A DNA stretch of 64,000 bases from Selaginella moellendorffii (lineage: Eukaryota > Plantae > Lycopodiophyta), in the NCBI RefSeq assembly GCF_000143415.4, contig NW_003314293.1, positions 1,680,457 to 1,744,456 on the forward strand, read 5' to 3'. The position numbers and the translations under genes are program-made. Shown here in pieces: positions 1 through 11,689 of this stretch. Under the pieces are notes generated by a model. That model searched no databases. It was not told the origin of the DNA and saw only the letters and a list, made by a program, of their open reading frames with translations. Positions within the stretch are counted from its first letter, which is position 1. The number at the start of each line of letters is the position of its first letter.

Positions 1-660
1 ATTGCTTGATGAACTGTTAGCGGGTTTTGAGCAATATCAACAGCCATGGACGTTGGGAGAGATGCTATACACCTCTGCATCAAGGCCTCCTCCAGGATAT
101 TGTTGACAGCATAACGAGCTTGCAGCCATTGTTCGTTGAACTCTTTCAAGGTGGTAGATAAACAATCCCGCATAGCTTATTGAACGGGTAACTCCTCCAT
201 AGCCACGTTGATGACTCCTAACGAATTAGCTTCTTGAATGTTTCCCAGTTTGGAAGAGTGTGTGCTCTTTCTAGGCTGAAGAACCACCCTGAAGCCAATC
301 CTTTGAGGTGTAAAGTAGCAAACGGCACTTTATAATCCTCTGAATGTCCTTCGTAATTGAACCATCATTCAATGCAATGCAACCAATCCTGCAGCTTGAT
401 GATATCATTCTCCCCCCCATACTCAAGAACGTTGAGCTTATCTTTTTCCTGCCATAAGTTGGACACTATTGGGTAACAAGCTGGAAAAGTTGGACTGACG
501 ATGGTGGCACCATGGGCTGGAAAGGTGGCACAACAACAGGCTGCTGCCACAGAGTGCCCGTCGATGCCGATGCTGCCTCGCCACTCCCCTGTGGTGAATT
601 TGTTGTTCTAGGGAACATCGGGTTGGCTGGAGCGAGCTCAGGAGCTCTCATACACTTAGA
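1..660 (-). mobile_element. Decayed LTR-retrotransposon gag fragment
   Basis: Minus-strand translation reads EYGGENDIIKLQDWLHCIE*WFNYEGHSEDYKVPFATLHLKGLASGWF, resembling the Ty3/gypsy capsid region. It is interrupted by stops. Confidence 0.6.
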
Positions 661-919
661 AGTGATTTAAAATTGGAGTGACTTCACATTGCCTTTAGAC
701 GTGTCAAACTTATGAATCAAGCAAGTACATTGGCAAGTTTGTTCTTCAGATTCTTGCAGAAAATTTTGAATAATACTCTAGCTTCTAGTGGCTTTTTTGA
801 ATTGTAGTCTATCCACGAGGGAGTCTCAGTTGGTATGCCTGACTTTTAATTTCATTCAAGAACTTGTGTATACTTTTGAGTATAAATCTAAGGACACTTT
901 ATCATCCAAGGCTGTTCCA

Positions 920-1165
920 TAGTGGTGGTGTCGGTGGTTCTATTGGGTAAGTGTATAATTCAGTGTGGAAGATTGCCCTATGGGTGCGATGCAAGCTGAA
1001 GCCGCAGGACAGAGAGCGCTCGGTGAGCAACCAATTTCCTGAAACTTTCCTTAATGATTTTTCTTTCTTAGTTTGCCCTGCTGTGTACCAATGCCAGCAG
1101 AGGCGCTCTGTTTAAAGATACATGCTATAACGCTTGCACTCTCCATGGGGTTGTTTATATCTGAG
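920..1165 (+). pseudogene. Decayed copy A of the small Cys-rich peptide gene
   Basis: Matches all three exons of 1474-1777 (VVLLG; MQAEAAGQRAL; CPAVY...TCYNACTL). No in-frame ATG before the signal-peptide exon, intron-1 acceptor lost, frameshifts in exon 3. Confidence 0.7.
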
Positions 1166-1473
1166 AATGTCCAGGTTATGGTAACTCACTATTGAAGTAC
1201 TTGAGAGTTAAGTCTTGTCGATATCATACGAATATGAAGCTTTTTCTGTATGTCTCACTTTGAAAAGGTAGCAAAAGAAAATTTCAAGTTCGATATAGTG
1301 TAGGACTTTCTTTGCATGAGTACCTTGAGATTGCGTGATTCTATGTATAGCTTTATAAGATAATCTTTGTGTACAAGTCTCAGTTGGGAGGCTTGACTTT
1401 TCTGGTTGCAGCGTTCATGAAATCAGAGCGTTTGTGTTACATTCTGTGCTTGGAGCGAAAGGCTTGGTTGGAA

Positions 1474-1777
1474 ATGGGAATGAAATCAAATATCATGGCA
1501 ATTGCTGCGGTGCTGGTTGTTCTCTTGGGTATAATCTCGGCTTGAGTGAAGGATTTTTGTCATTCTTGTTAATATAACAGGGGTTGTGATGCAAGCTGAA
1601 GCTGCAGGACAGCAGGCGCTCCTCCAGCGAGGTGATACATCAGACAATTCGATATAACTTTGGAGATCTCTTCTAGTTTGCCCGGCAGTGTGCCAGTACA
1701 CTAGAGTGGTTTGCAGAGTGAATAGGAATGCATGCTTTAACTCTTGCAATCTCCCGCGAGGATGCCGGCCAGTGTAA
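1474..1777 (+). CDS. Secreted 68-aa six-cysteine peptide, Pin-II (potato type II) proteinase-inhibitor-like; 3 exons
   Basis: Exons 1474-1528, 1581-1631 and 1677-1777 with GT-AG introns of 52 and 45 nt give MGMKSNIMAIAAVLVVLLGVVMQAEAAGQQALLQRVCPAVCQYTRVVCRVNRNACFNSCNLPRGCRPV*. Hydrophobic signal peptide, TATA-like TATAAG near 1354, AATAAA at 1783. Confidence 0.78.
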
Positions 1778-2103
1778 CTTCTAATAAAACGTTATTATTA
1801 TTGTTTATTATGACATAAGGAATCACAACTAGCTTACAAACGACGAAGGATAAGTTGAAGCACGAGGGGGGAAATCCGGAAATGCTGGCCTCGATCTCCA
1901 CTCTGGTTCCCGAGCAAGCGAGAGACTATCTACTCTAGCAGTCACATGCCGCACACACCACAATTTGGCAAAGCTCAAACCTTTTTTGCTCAAAACCGCT
2001 TGTTCCAGGTAAGAGCTTTCGAGAAATTTTCCAAGAAAAGCTGCAGGATAGAACCGGCCAATTTGCTGATGTTTCGATTAAAACTCGTGATTTTATTTTT
2101 TAG

Positions 2104-2199
2104 TCCTTGCTGCGGTGTGCCATACTCTGGCGTCGTTTCCAGAGGCGTTCTGTTTGATACAACGCTTGCAATCTCCCACGAGGATGCCGACCAGTTTGA
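2104..2199 (+). pseudogene. Decayed copy C (exon 3 only) of the Cys-rich peptide gene
   Basis: Follows a ...TTTTTAG acceptor and ends NACNLPRGCRPV*. The upstream part is frameshifted. Confidence 0.7.
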
Positions 2200-2430
2200 C
2201 ATCCAGAACAAAATTGCTGAATAAAGCATTGGTGCAAGTGAGTTTGTGAAACCTCCTAAAGAAGTCAAAGATCAAAAGACAAGGTGGATGCTGCTTGATT
2301 TTTTTTTTCGTTTGATTACACCTATCGCCCAGCTTTCCATTGTTATGCAGTGTTGAGTGGCTTCCAAGTTGAAAGTCCGGTCGGTTTCAAATTACTATGA
2401 AGTTTTTGCTGTATTTCACAAGTAGAAGAA

Positions 2431-2667
2431 CTTGTGGTGCTGGTGGTTCTCTTGGATATAATCTTGGCTTGATCGTGAAGATTCCTTGTCATTCTTGTTA
2501 ATATATCAGGGGTTGGGATGAAAGCTGAAGCTCCTGCACAGCGGGGGCTCCTCCAGCGAGGTGAGCGATCAATCTTACAAGTTTAGATTCCCAATTCGAT
2601 ATAACTTTGGAGATCTTTTCTAGTTTGCCCGACTGTGTGCCAGTTGCCAAGATGCCGGCAAGTGTAA
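2431..2667 (+). pseudogene. Decayed copy D of the Cys-rich peptide gene
   Basis: Closely matches 1505-1777 including both introns. Intron-1 donor is mutated GT>AT and exon 3 has an internal deletion (CPTVCQLPRCRQV*). Confidence 0.75.
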
Positions 2668-2727
2668 TCTGACATAGTCCCATAAGGAACTACATTATTG
2701 TTTGTTGTGTTAAATACCACGAGCCGG

Positions 2728-2769
2728 TTTAGGGTTTAGGGTCTACGGTTTAGGGTTTAGGGTTTAGGG
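2728..2769 (+). repeat. Interstitial plant telomeric repeat (TTTAGGG)x6, one unit degenerate
   Basis: TTTAGGG TTTAGGG TCTACGG TTTAGGG TTTAGGG TTTAGGG read directly. Confidence 0.85.
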
Positions 2770-5190
2770 CATACAAGGTCAACGTCGTTTTCTTCTCTTT
2801 GCAAAAGCGCTTGTCCAGGAAGCCTTGCAAGCTCCGGGGATTTTCAGTTGGATTGTTGGTTGAAGCTCTGGGGATTTGTGTGCCGCAGGAGTGGTTTGCT
2901 GGAAAGAAGATCTGCAACATGTTGAACTTCCACTCCTTCCTCCAAGAAGTGGAAGATCTCACACTGTTTTGAACTTCTGGATTCGATGGTGGTGGAGGTG
3001 GCAAGAACACAAGCTTGTCCATGGCAGGGAAAGGCTCAAACTATCCACATCTTGCTGGTTGGCTTGCCTGGAAGCAGCAAGTCTTCTGTTGAGCAATTGC
3101 CATAAACTATATTGAATTGTTGGAGAATGATCAGATTCAACTTGCTATGGCTACTGCAAGAGTGGTTTTCCAGCAAGAGAGCTTACAATGGATAAAGTGT
3201 GCTTCATAATGACCATTTTACTTGATTTAATTAATTTATCATTTGGTAAGTTGATTGATCAAGTCATTAGTTTATTAGTCAATTCATGAATCTATTAAAT
3301 TCACAAGTTGATTGATCATTTCATGAGTTGGTTGGGTTGGTTGATGAGTTGATGATTCAATTAATATATAGTTTCTAAACACACTCTTTACTTAAATCTA
3401 TGTAAGAGCTTAAACTACCATCTCTGTTGCTCTCTGGAATAAAAGTATAATTCAAGATGTTGTAGAGCATAAATAATATTCTTAGAACATGAGTGGATAT
3501 TCTATATGGGGTATATCTTCCCTTGCAAGTTTAGAGTATGAGTGATTGAGGTGATCATGGTGGGATAAATCAATTCCTAGCTAGCCCATTCAAATTCCAT
3601 GTGATTTTTTTTGTTCTTAGCACAATTCTAATTCTCAATGAGATTCACTGCCATTATCACAAATTCTTTAATTTCTTTAAGTTTTCTTTGGGTTTTGATA
3701 CTCATGGCTAAAAACTTTAATTTTCAGACTTGTAAATTTGTGATACCAAAGGATAGAAAGATAATATACAAGCCCATCTACTCAATTTGCTGAAAAATAA
3801 AAAACTAAGGTTTAATTTATAAATCATGCAATTAAATTTGAGACAAGACCATTAGTGGTGTATGCTCTTTATAAGTTACTATTTTCTCAGATCTTTTTGG
3901 CTCTTAAAAAATCTACTTTCAAGGTTTTTAGTTTTTGCTTATTCAATCCATTCTCTTGCAAGATTTTGTCATTTCTTGATTGTTTAAGTGGTTTTTTCTC
4001 TTTGTCTTGTGATTTCTTTGAGTGTTTTTTCTTCCTTTCTAGAAAGAACTTGAGGAGAGCTTCTTCTTGAGTCCTATCTTGAATCTCATATCATTTTTAT
4101 TTTTTTTGGTATTGTTTATGAGGAATTTAGAACTTTCTCGCTGTTTATTTGCTTGGATTTTGTAAGATTTGTTTTGTCCAAGAGCTAAAGCAGGTATTAG
4201 CTTTCCAAAAGAGTTTTATCTCATGAGTTTTGGTGCTATATGTCAAGAGATCTAGTGTCATTTCTCTTCTTGCATTATCTATGGGAAGTTTGGAGCTTTC
4301 TCACCTATTTTTTACTCGAATTTTTGTGTTGTGGGCTAGATTTCTAGGAGTGCATCTCAATCAATGAGTTTTCTTTATTAGTTGCATTTTTCAAGTGTGA
4401 GCATTTTGATCTTGACATGGAGCAACTAACAATCCACTTTCTCCTGTGTACTATAGCTCTACCTATGTTTAATCCTACTTCAGGGTTTCTTTTAGAGACC
4501 ATATTACAATTTTATCAAATCATATCTTGATTGATGGGGTATAATATTTGGAGTTCACAAGCTTGTTGGCAGGGAAAATGCAGGCTTTAATAGATGAAGA
4601 TTTCCTTATACTGCTTCTTTTGTTTCATAAGGTGTTTGAAATTGAGAAGGGCTCACAAGAGCTGTTTTGTGAGCTTTTCCTCTTCTAGGGCAGCAACAAA
4701 TGTAAACTTGATTACATGCTGTGATTTAAACAATACTAGAAGATTTGTCAAAGGAAGGAGGTAAGGGAGGAGAATTTGGTTATTTCCACATATATGACCA
4801 AACTCTAGCTAGGGATTTAGTAAAAAGTGGCCAAGCAATGCCATTCCAAGTGTATAACCATGCCATGGAGATTGAGAATGATTTAATATATGAGTTAAGT
4901 GTTTCTAGTGTGGTAGAGATGCTTGGGCCATCTCTTACTATAGTAGTGTATGCCATCTCTAGGACATAACTGCCAACCTTTAATGCCATTATGGCACCAG
5001 CCACAAGCTCTTTCATTCCCATCATGGACTTAGCCATGTTAGAGCTTTAACAATACAAGTCTCTATTACTGCAATAACAAAACTTTATACTCCAACAACA
5101 ATGGCAAGAGTGGCTTCTATAAGAACTCCACACTTTTAGGGTACAAGCCTCTTCTCATGTCATTATTGCTCACACTATGATTTTCAAACA
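2770..5190. mobile_element. Degenerate AT-rich, probably retroelement-derived DNA
   Basis: AT-rich and CpG-depleted, with only short broken ORFs and no spliced gene structure. No diagnostic domain confidently seen. Confidence 0.35.
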
Positions 5191-5199
5191 ATGACAATC

Positions 5200-5730
5200 A
5201 TTGCTGGAATGTTTTTCTTTACAAAGCACTAGAGTGGAGTGCATGGGTGCCCAAATGAATATTCAATGGCTGTGCTTTATCACCTGTCGCATAGGACACT
5301 TGATCCAGACCCAAGAAATCGATCAAAAAGAGCAAGAGAAGAGGAAGGCTGAAACATGAGAAGCACAGGCAAAAGGAACTGAAATTTTGAGTGATCTTAT
5401 GTTTTTTCCAATTAGACTTGTCCAGAAACGAAGCCTTAACGAACTCAGCTGAAATAATTGTACACATCTGCACAATATCAAGCTCCTCACTGTGAACAAA
5501 CTTTCTCTGTTCTAGGCTCACCCTGACCACTCCTCAGGAGGAATAGATTATCTGGAATTCTGTTCTTGGTGAAAGCAGCTATCGTCGTGAGACCCCTGAT
5601 GTTGCAGGAGCGGCTGTAAGTGCTCAGCAAGAACGCAAGTGGCACTCTTCATCTTAAGCACAGCAAGATGTTCGTCCTATCAAGTTCTCTCTTTCTTTCT
5701 TCCTGTACCTTTTAATATTATAGATGAAAA
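5200..5730 (+). pseudogene. 3' fragment of the local F-box-like gene family
   Basis: Inverted match to about 29000-29450, e.g. ATGAATATTCAATGGCTGTG, GTGAACAAACTTTCTCTGTTCTAGGCTC and GGAGCGGCTGTAAGTGCTCAGCAAGAA. Confidence 0.7.
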
Positions 5731-5876
5731 TATTACACTTCAGAGTAAGATGGTATAAATTATAAATTGATCAATTGGATTAATAAATAATACTAAATAG
5801 TAATAACACTGTTGCATGCAAGAAACAAAATTTTATTGTAAGTCACACTTAAAATCTTTCTAGTCCAAATCACATG

Positions 5877-8515
5877 TTACAATTCAAAGTTAAGAGGATG
5901 AAAGTTGAGTTTGTGAGCTTGACAACAGACTCCCACACTTTCTTGCATTCCTTCAGGCCCACAAGCAAACACTCCCACATACTCCTTCCTTCCTTTTGAA
6001 TGCTCTGGAATAATGTCTGCACAGAATCAAACGCCTAATCCCTCTCTTAAGTCTGATTCATCAATTCACCTTGAAACTCCGGATGCTTTCCATACTGAAT
6101 GTTGGTTGGCTTGAGTCCAACTTCAGTTGAAATGGAACCCACATATGGCGCATCTACAAGGTGCAAGTCTTTTCCTTTCCACCAGTTCCAAGCGAGAATC
6201 GTTGCTCCACCGAAGAACACAACTCCAGCAACGTATTCCATGAGCAAGCTGAAACCCCTCCCTGCTCTGGAGAAAGCTTTGTAGGTTTTCTCGTCTTGTG
6301 GAAAGATGTAATAGCGATGAATAACTCCGGCAAGGAGCATGTAACCGAGGAAAGATGCCAAGATCGTTGCAGCATATAGTCTGTAGCCCTGAGTTCTCGA
6401 GATTCCTCTAACTTGCTTCTTGACCTTACTGATGTCTTGTGATGGAGAAGGCTCGGCACACACTGATGCTGTTGTTGCTCTTCCAGCAAACTTGACAATG
6501 TCCAGCTTTTCATTGTAGACCCCATTGTCCAGGGCTTGTTGCTTCTCTCCTATATCTTGGCGAGTAACATAAGCTTGAATGTCAATTTGAAGAGTTTGTA
6601 TGAATATTGTTTTGAGAATGCCAAGCTCATCCAGCTTCCTCACCGCCCACACAAGAAAAATCTTCTCCAGTGGAGTGCGCTGCTTTGTTTGGACCTTGTG
6701 GAGAAGATCCTTGATAATCGATAGAAAAGGAGCTATTCCACTTCCCCCAGCAACGAATAAGTACATTTTGTATCTAACAAAGTAACCCATCATAAGAGCA
6801 AAGTCATATATTTGATACACTTACATATGCAAATAGTCAATGTTATGCCCGTGGGGACTTGGATTCTCGTTGGAAATACTTCTGTAACCCTCTTGGATGA
6901 AGAGCTCCCTGAGTTTGTATGTCCATTTTCCACTTCACTTCACTAAAATCGAGAGCTTGTCAAACTCGACTCCAGAGCAGGAGGTGACTGTAAATGAATG
7001 CCACTGCAGACTTGAAGTCGCAGGGAGGTTCACAAAAATCACACTTGCTGCGTCATATCTGCAAAAATAAGAACAAAAAATATTAATACAGATATTAAAA
7101 AAATAGATAAGTATAATACTTGGGAGTTTTGCAAACGTCAGCTCTATGGTCTCACTACAGATCATCCTTGCCGATACCACCTCAACATGCCTTCTGGATT
7201 GTAAGAGCCTGAATAGTCTATCAGTCTACATTTTGTTTGTGATTGGATTCGTTTTTCCGTGTGGGAGAGAAATGGCTTGCCATGATAGTATAATAAAAGA
7301 GCTCAAATCTCTGCTTGCGAACAGGATTGAGTGATGTGACCCAAATAATCAGGCCAACAATCCATGCAAACATGCTCGTCTTCTCCCACAAAATAAAATG
7401 GACCAAAAACAGAATAAAGTTTAAAAAATGTAAAAAACAGGTTTACCTCTTTGGATTGTGAGAAATTGACATAAACCATATAACCATCATAATATGCCCA
7501 ATCCAAATGTGATAGCGGATCGAGTGCTCAACATTGATAAGCTGGACAAGGGAGGAAAATCTTGCAACTGGAAAGAAAAGAAATGCAAACGGGACGGCCC
7601 AAGCCTGCCTCCAACGATGTTAAACTTCCTCTGCCACCTTCTTGTTTCAATCAAGAAAAGTACATCTCAGTTGAGAGTTCGTGACTTTGAGACACTTAAT
7701 ACTTACAAAGGATCCATGTGGTCGCTCATTCTGGGATGCATCATGAATGGAATATTGATCCTGTAGAAAGATCTTGAGGTGTTTAGCGGTCGTCCAAGCA
7801 AACAAAGCCACAAAAGCCCCAAGCAGCGCCAACTCGGATAATGAGATTAGCGCTAATGGGACTCTAACAAACACTGGATAGTTCCATGGATTTATCTTAA
7901 GTGGCTTCATGGTCCTGCATAAAAGAAAGAAAAAGAGGATGCTTAAATTATTATCAAAGAAGAATTTGAGATTCTAGCTCACTTGCTTCTCTTGCTGTAA
8001 CTTAGATAAATGGCTCTAACGAACGCCACCAGGAGTATGGGGGAGAAGTAAATAAGCGTGTATGCCCCTGGAAGAATCACAGTGAGCAGTGCTATCAACT
8101 TCCTGGCGCGATTATATACCAGTGTCGCCATATGCTTTGGAGGAGACATGGCGAAGAACAGGATTCCAGAATCCACGTTCTCGTTGGCCTCATGAGGAAC
8201 AGGGCGTCGCCCAGGATCGAGGAGCGAATTCTCGCCCAGTATTAATCTGGCAAGAGAATATTCTGGCAAAGCCATTTGTAGTATGATCTTCGCAAAGCAC
8301 CGGACACTTTGATAGGTCCTTGGTGTAAGAAATTCTCGAAATTATTGCCTTCTCCCTCTCCTCCAGCGCCAGAGCCCGGTGTCCCTGTGTTTGCCATGCC
8401 AAGGATTCCAGAAATTTTTTGTCCAAGTTCTCGTTGGCCTCATGATCCAGATCATCATCCATCCTGCAAAGACAATCGCCATGAAAGCCTTGGCAGCAAC
8501 ACGAAGAAAAGCCAT
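5877..8515 (-). pseudogene. FRO: Ferric reduction oxidase (FRO) pseudogene, tandem paralog of 8843-11362
   Basis: Retains LQWHSFTVTS, FVAGGSGIAPF and C-terminal NFHPLNFEL*. Exon 1 is interrupted and partly duplicated, heme-His segments are deleted, and an in-frame TGA at 6935-6937 replaces the paralog's Cys. Confidence 0.75.
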
Positions 8516-8842
8516 TGCGGATGAGAGGAATGGCCTCTGTCTAGTCTATAGTCATGCAAAAGCTGTACACCCTTGCTTCATGCAAAATAGTACATAAAAT
8601 TGTCAACTCCCCTTTTGCAAACTCGAGGGATTAATCCTCGTATATTTTAGTGGTGGATTTTGCCCAAGTGAGCTTCAAGTGTTCGTTCGTTGTCAAATCT
8701 TTTTGTTTTCTGCGCCTGTGATTGCGCCGTGATGTGGAGATCCCTCGCGTAAAGCATCACGCAAGAATTTGCTACAGGTATGATCCTTCCCGCTTCCAAA
8801 CAATACTCATCTTTGTTCCTTTTTTATTCCAAAAAGAAAAGT

Positions 8843-11362
8843 TTAGAGCTCAAAGTTTAATGGGTGGAAGTTGAGCTTGTGATCTCGGCACTGGAAACCC
8901 ACATTCCTTTGCATTCCCTCGGGTCCACAAGCGAAGACTCCAGTGCATTCCTTGTTTTTGCTTGCGTGCTCAGAGAAGATCTCTGTGACGAAAAAACGCA
9001 ACTTAGATCACAAATCGAATTTCTCCTTGCTTGAGGAGCTGCTTACCTTGGAAATCCGGGCGTCTTCCATAAACCACTTTGCTTGGTCTCATTTTCGTCG
9101 AGCTTGGGTCTATCACTGGCGCGTCTACAAGATTAGAGTCTCGTCTCGACTTGGACCAGTTCCACAGGAGGATAGTTCCACCACCAAAGGCACAAATGGC
9201 GACCACGTACTCCAGAAGCGACGCAAATCCTCTACCCGATATCGAGCAAACTTGGTACGTATTGTGATCCATCGGATAGATGTAGAAGCGGTGCACCAGT
9301 CCCGCGATGAGCATGTATCCTGCGAACGATGCCAGGATTGTTGCTGCATACAGCTTGTAGCCAAATGTCTTTGCCACTGCTCTAACTTTCTTCGCGTTTG
9401 GATTTCCAGACGATGCCGCGCGTCCCGCGAAATGGATGACGGACTTATGATCGAGCTCGTTCAACTTGACGGGGGATTCGAGATCACTTTCGCTCTCACG
9501 AGTGACATAAGCATGAAGTTCCAAGAAATCCGCAGCGGAGAAATCGGGAGCGATGGAAGAAGGTGAGATGGAATGTAGAATCTGGAGCTCCTCGGAGAAC
9601 TTGACTGCCAGAATGAAAACGATTTTCTTTGGTGCAAGCCTGAGCTTGTTGTGGACTTTGTAGAGCAAGTCCTTAAGGATTGAGATGAATGGTCCGACTC
9701 CACTTCCTCCGGCCACGAAGATCAAAGTTGGATATCTGCAGCACAAAGGTGTGAGGTTTAATGCATTTTGAGCCCAAAAACTTACGCATGAAGATGATCC
9801 AGCTCGTGACCATGAGGACCTTCAACTGCTGCTTCAAAGTGTACGGGATAGTTGTGTGAGTTCTCGTTGAGACGCTCCTGATCGAGCAGCGACTTGAGTT
9901 TGCAGGTCCAGCTTCCACTGCATTTCACGAAAATAGTAATTCGATCCACGTCCACAGTTGAGCATGATGTAACAGTGAAAGGATGCCACTGCAATCTCGA
10001 GATGGCTGGCAAGTTGAGAAAGATCACACTTGCGGCCGGGTACTTCAAATCTGTCCAAGTAAGTCATAAGTTAACAGCGAAGAACAGAAAAATGTATCTG
10101 CTTTTCACCAGGAACTTTAGCGAGAGTGAGCTCCAGAGTTTCTGGAGAGATGACTTTCGCCGAGACCACCTCAACGTGCCTCATCGATTGCAAGAACCGG
10201 AAGAGTCTATCGATGAAGAAGAGAAACACTCCGGCGATAACAATGGCGAGCCATCCCTCCCCGAGGTGAAGAGCAAAGCCAACGATGAAGACAAAGTAAA
10301 GCTGGTGTGTGTGGTAAAAGAGCTCGAATCTGTGCTTCCGGACTGGAGCTAGAGAAGTCCCCCACATCAGAAGGCCGACGATCCAAGTAAACAATCCAGT
10401 AAGCCCACTTATGTCGATCTTGTGCCACCTTACAAGCTGCAAGAGAGAAACCAAATAAGCTCTTTTCTCGAAAACTTTGATACCTCTTGTGATTTGTTTG
10501 CCATTGTCCAGTAGAGGATATAAACCAAGCCATGGACAGTCCAGAGGAACATCGTGATATGCCCCGTCCAAATGTGGTACCGCACGGCATGCTCGAATGG
10601 TATGTTTATCAGCCGGAAGAGTGAAGAGAGCCGCGCGACTGGGAAGAAGAGAAACGCAAAAGGGACGGCTCCAGTCATACCAAAGACTTTTCCAACAATG
10701 TTGAACTTTCGTTCCCATCTGGAAGCCAGCAAAAAAAGTGATATGGTTTTTTCTTCTCTTTTTTGTTTGTCAATCACTTACAGTGGTCCCAGTGTTATAG
10801 GCCTTCCCATCCAGTCGAAAGGGACATTGATCCTATCGAAAGAGCCCTTCATGTACTTTGCAAGAGTCCATGTGTATAAGGCAATGGAAGCTGTGAGAAG
10901 CGCGAGCTCGGCGAGAGAAATCAGTGCCAGTGGTCCTCGGAGAAAAACCGGATAAGTCCACGGATTAACTTTGAGAAACTTTCTCAATCCCCTGGCATGG
11001 TACAAAGATTGATGAGAAAAGGGTGAGTTTTAACTAAGTTCTCTTAACTCGTTGGTGTTCGTGTGCTTCTTGGTGTGGCTCAGGTAGAGCGCTGCGATGA
11101 ATGCCATGAAGAGAACCGGAGCTGTGTAGATGAGCGTGTAAACTCCTGGAAAAGGGGTAACATAAAATTCTCAGTGTTGATCGAAGAAGGGAAAGATCTT
11201 ACCAGTTTGTCCGTAGGATTTGAGAGAAACACGCTCGGCAATCGGCCCCGAGAAATGGGTGAAGAACGCTGATGTTGGAGACATGATCCACACGAGAATC
11301 CAGCCAGCGAACACCAAGAACATGAAGAACTTGAAGACGAATCCACGAATCGAAGCTCCCAT
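8843..11362 (-). CDS. FRO: Ferric reduction oxidase (ferric-chelate reductase), multi-exon
   Basis: Heme-His motifs RYHIWTGH...TVHG and FYHTHQ...ALHLG, FAD motif QWHPFTVTS, VEGPHG, NAD(P)H motif FVAGGSGVGPF; GT-AG introns. Confidence 0.92.
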
Positions 11363-11689
11363 CTTCCTGGAAACTTTTTGTTCTATGGCAAAGGATTTAG
11401 ATTTTTTTTGCCAAGCGCGATGTAGAACAAGCGCGAGAGTCAAAATAAGTATGCAGTGGATCTTCGCTGGATGACGACAGTGCAAAAATATTGGTATTTT
11501 TACACGAAATATAGCTTTTTTTATCGCGCGACACGTGGTGCAATGTGATCGCGCCATCTTGGCTAGCACCGTATGAAAATTTCTAGGGTTTCGCAAAGAA
11601 GACTCCAGAAGGTACTCTGGTGCTGTTCTTGGCGGCTTTCTTAGCCGCGATTTCTTCCTCTTGGCAGTGTAGATCGCTCCAGGAGTGAG

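Noticed and set aside
11570-11620. Heat-shock element upstream of the Hsp70-like gene
   Set aside because: Only imperfect nGAAn/nTTCn arrays; too weak to call.
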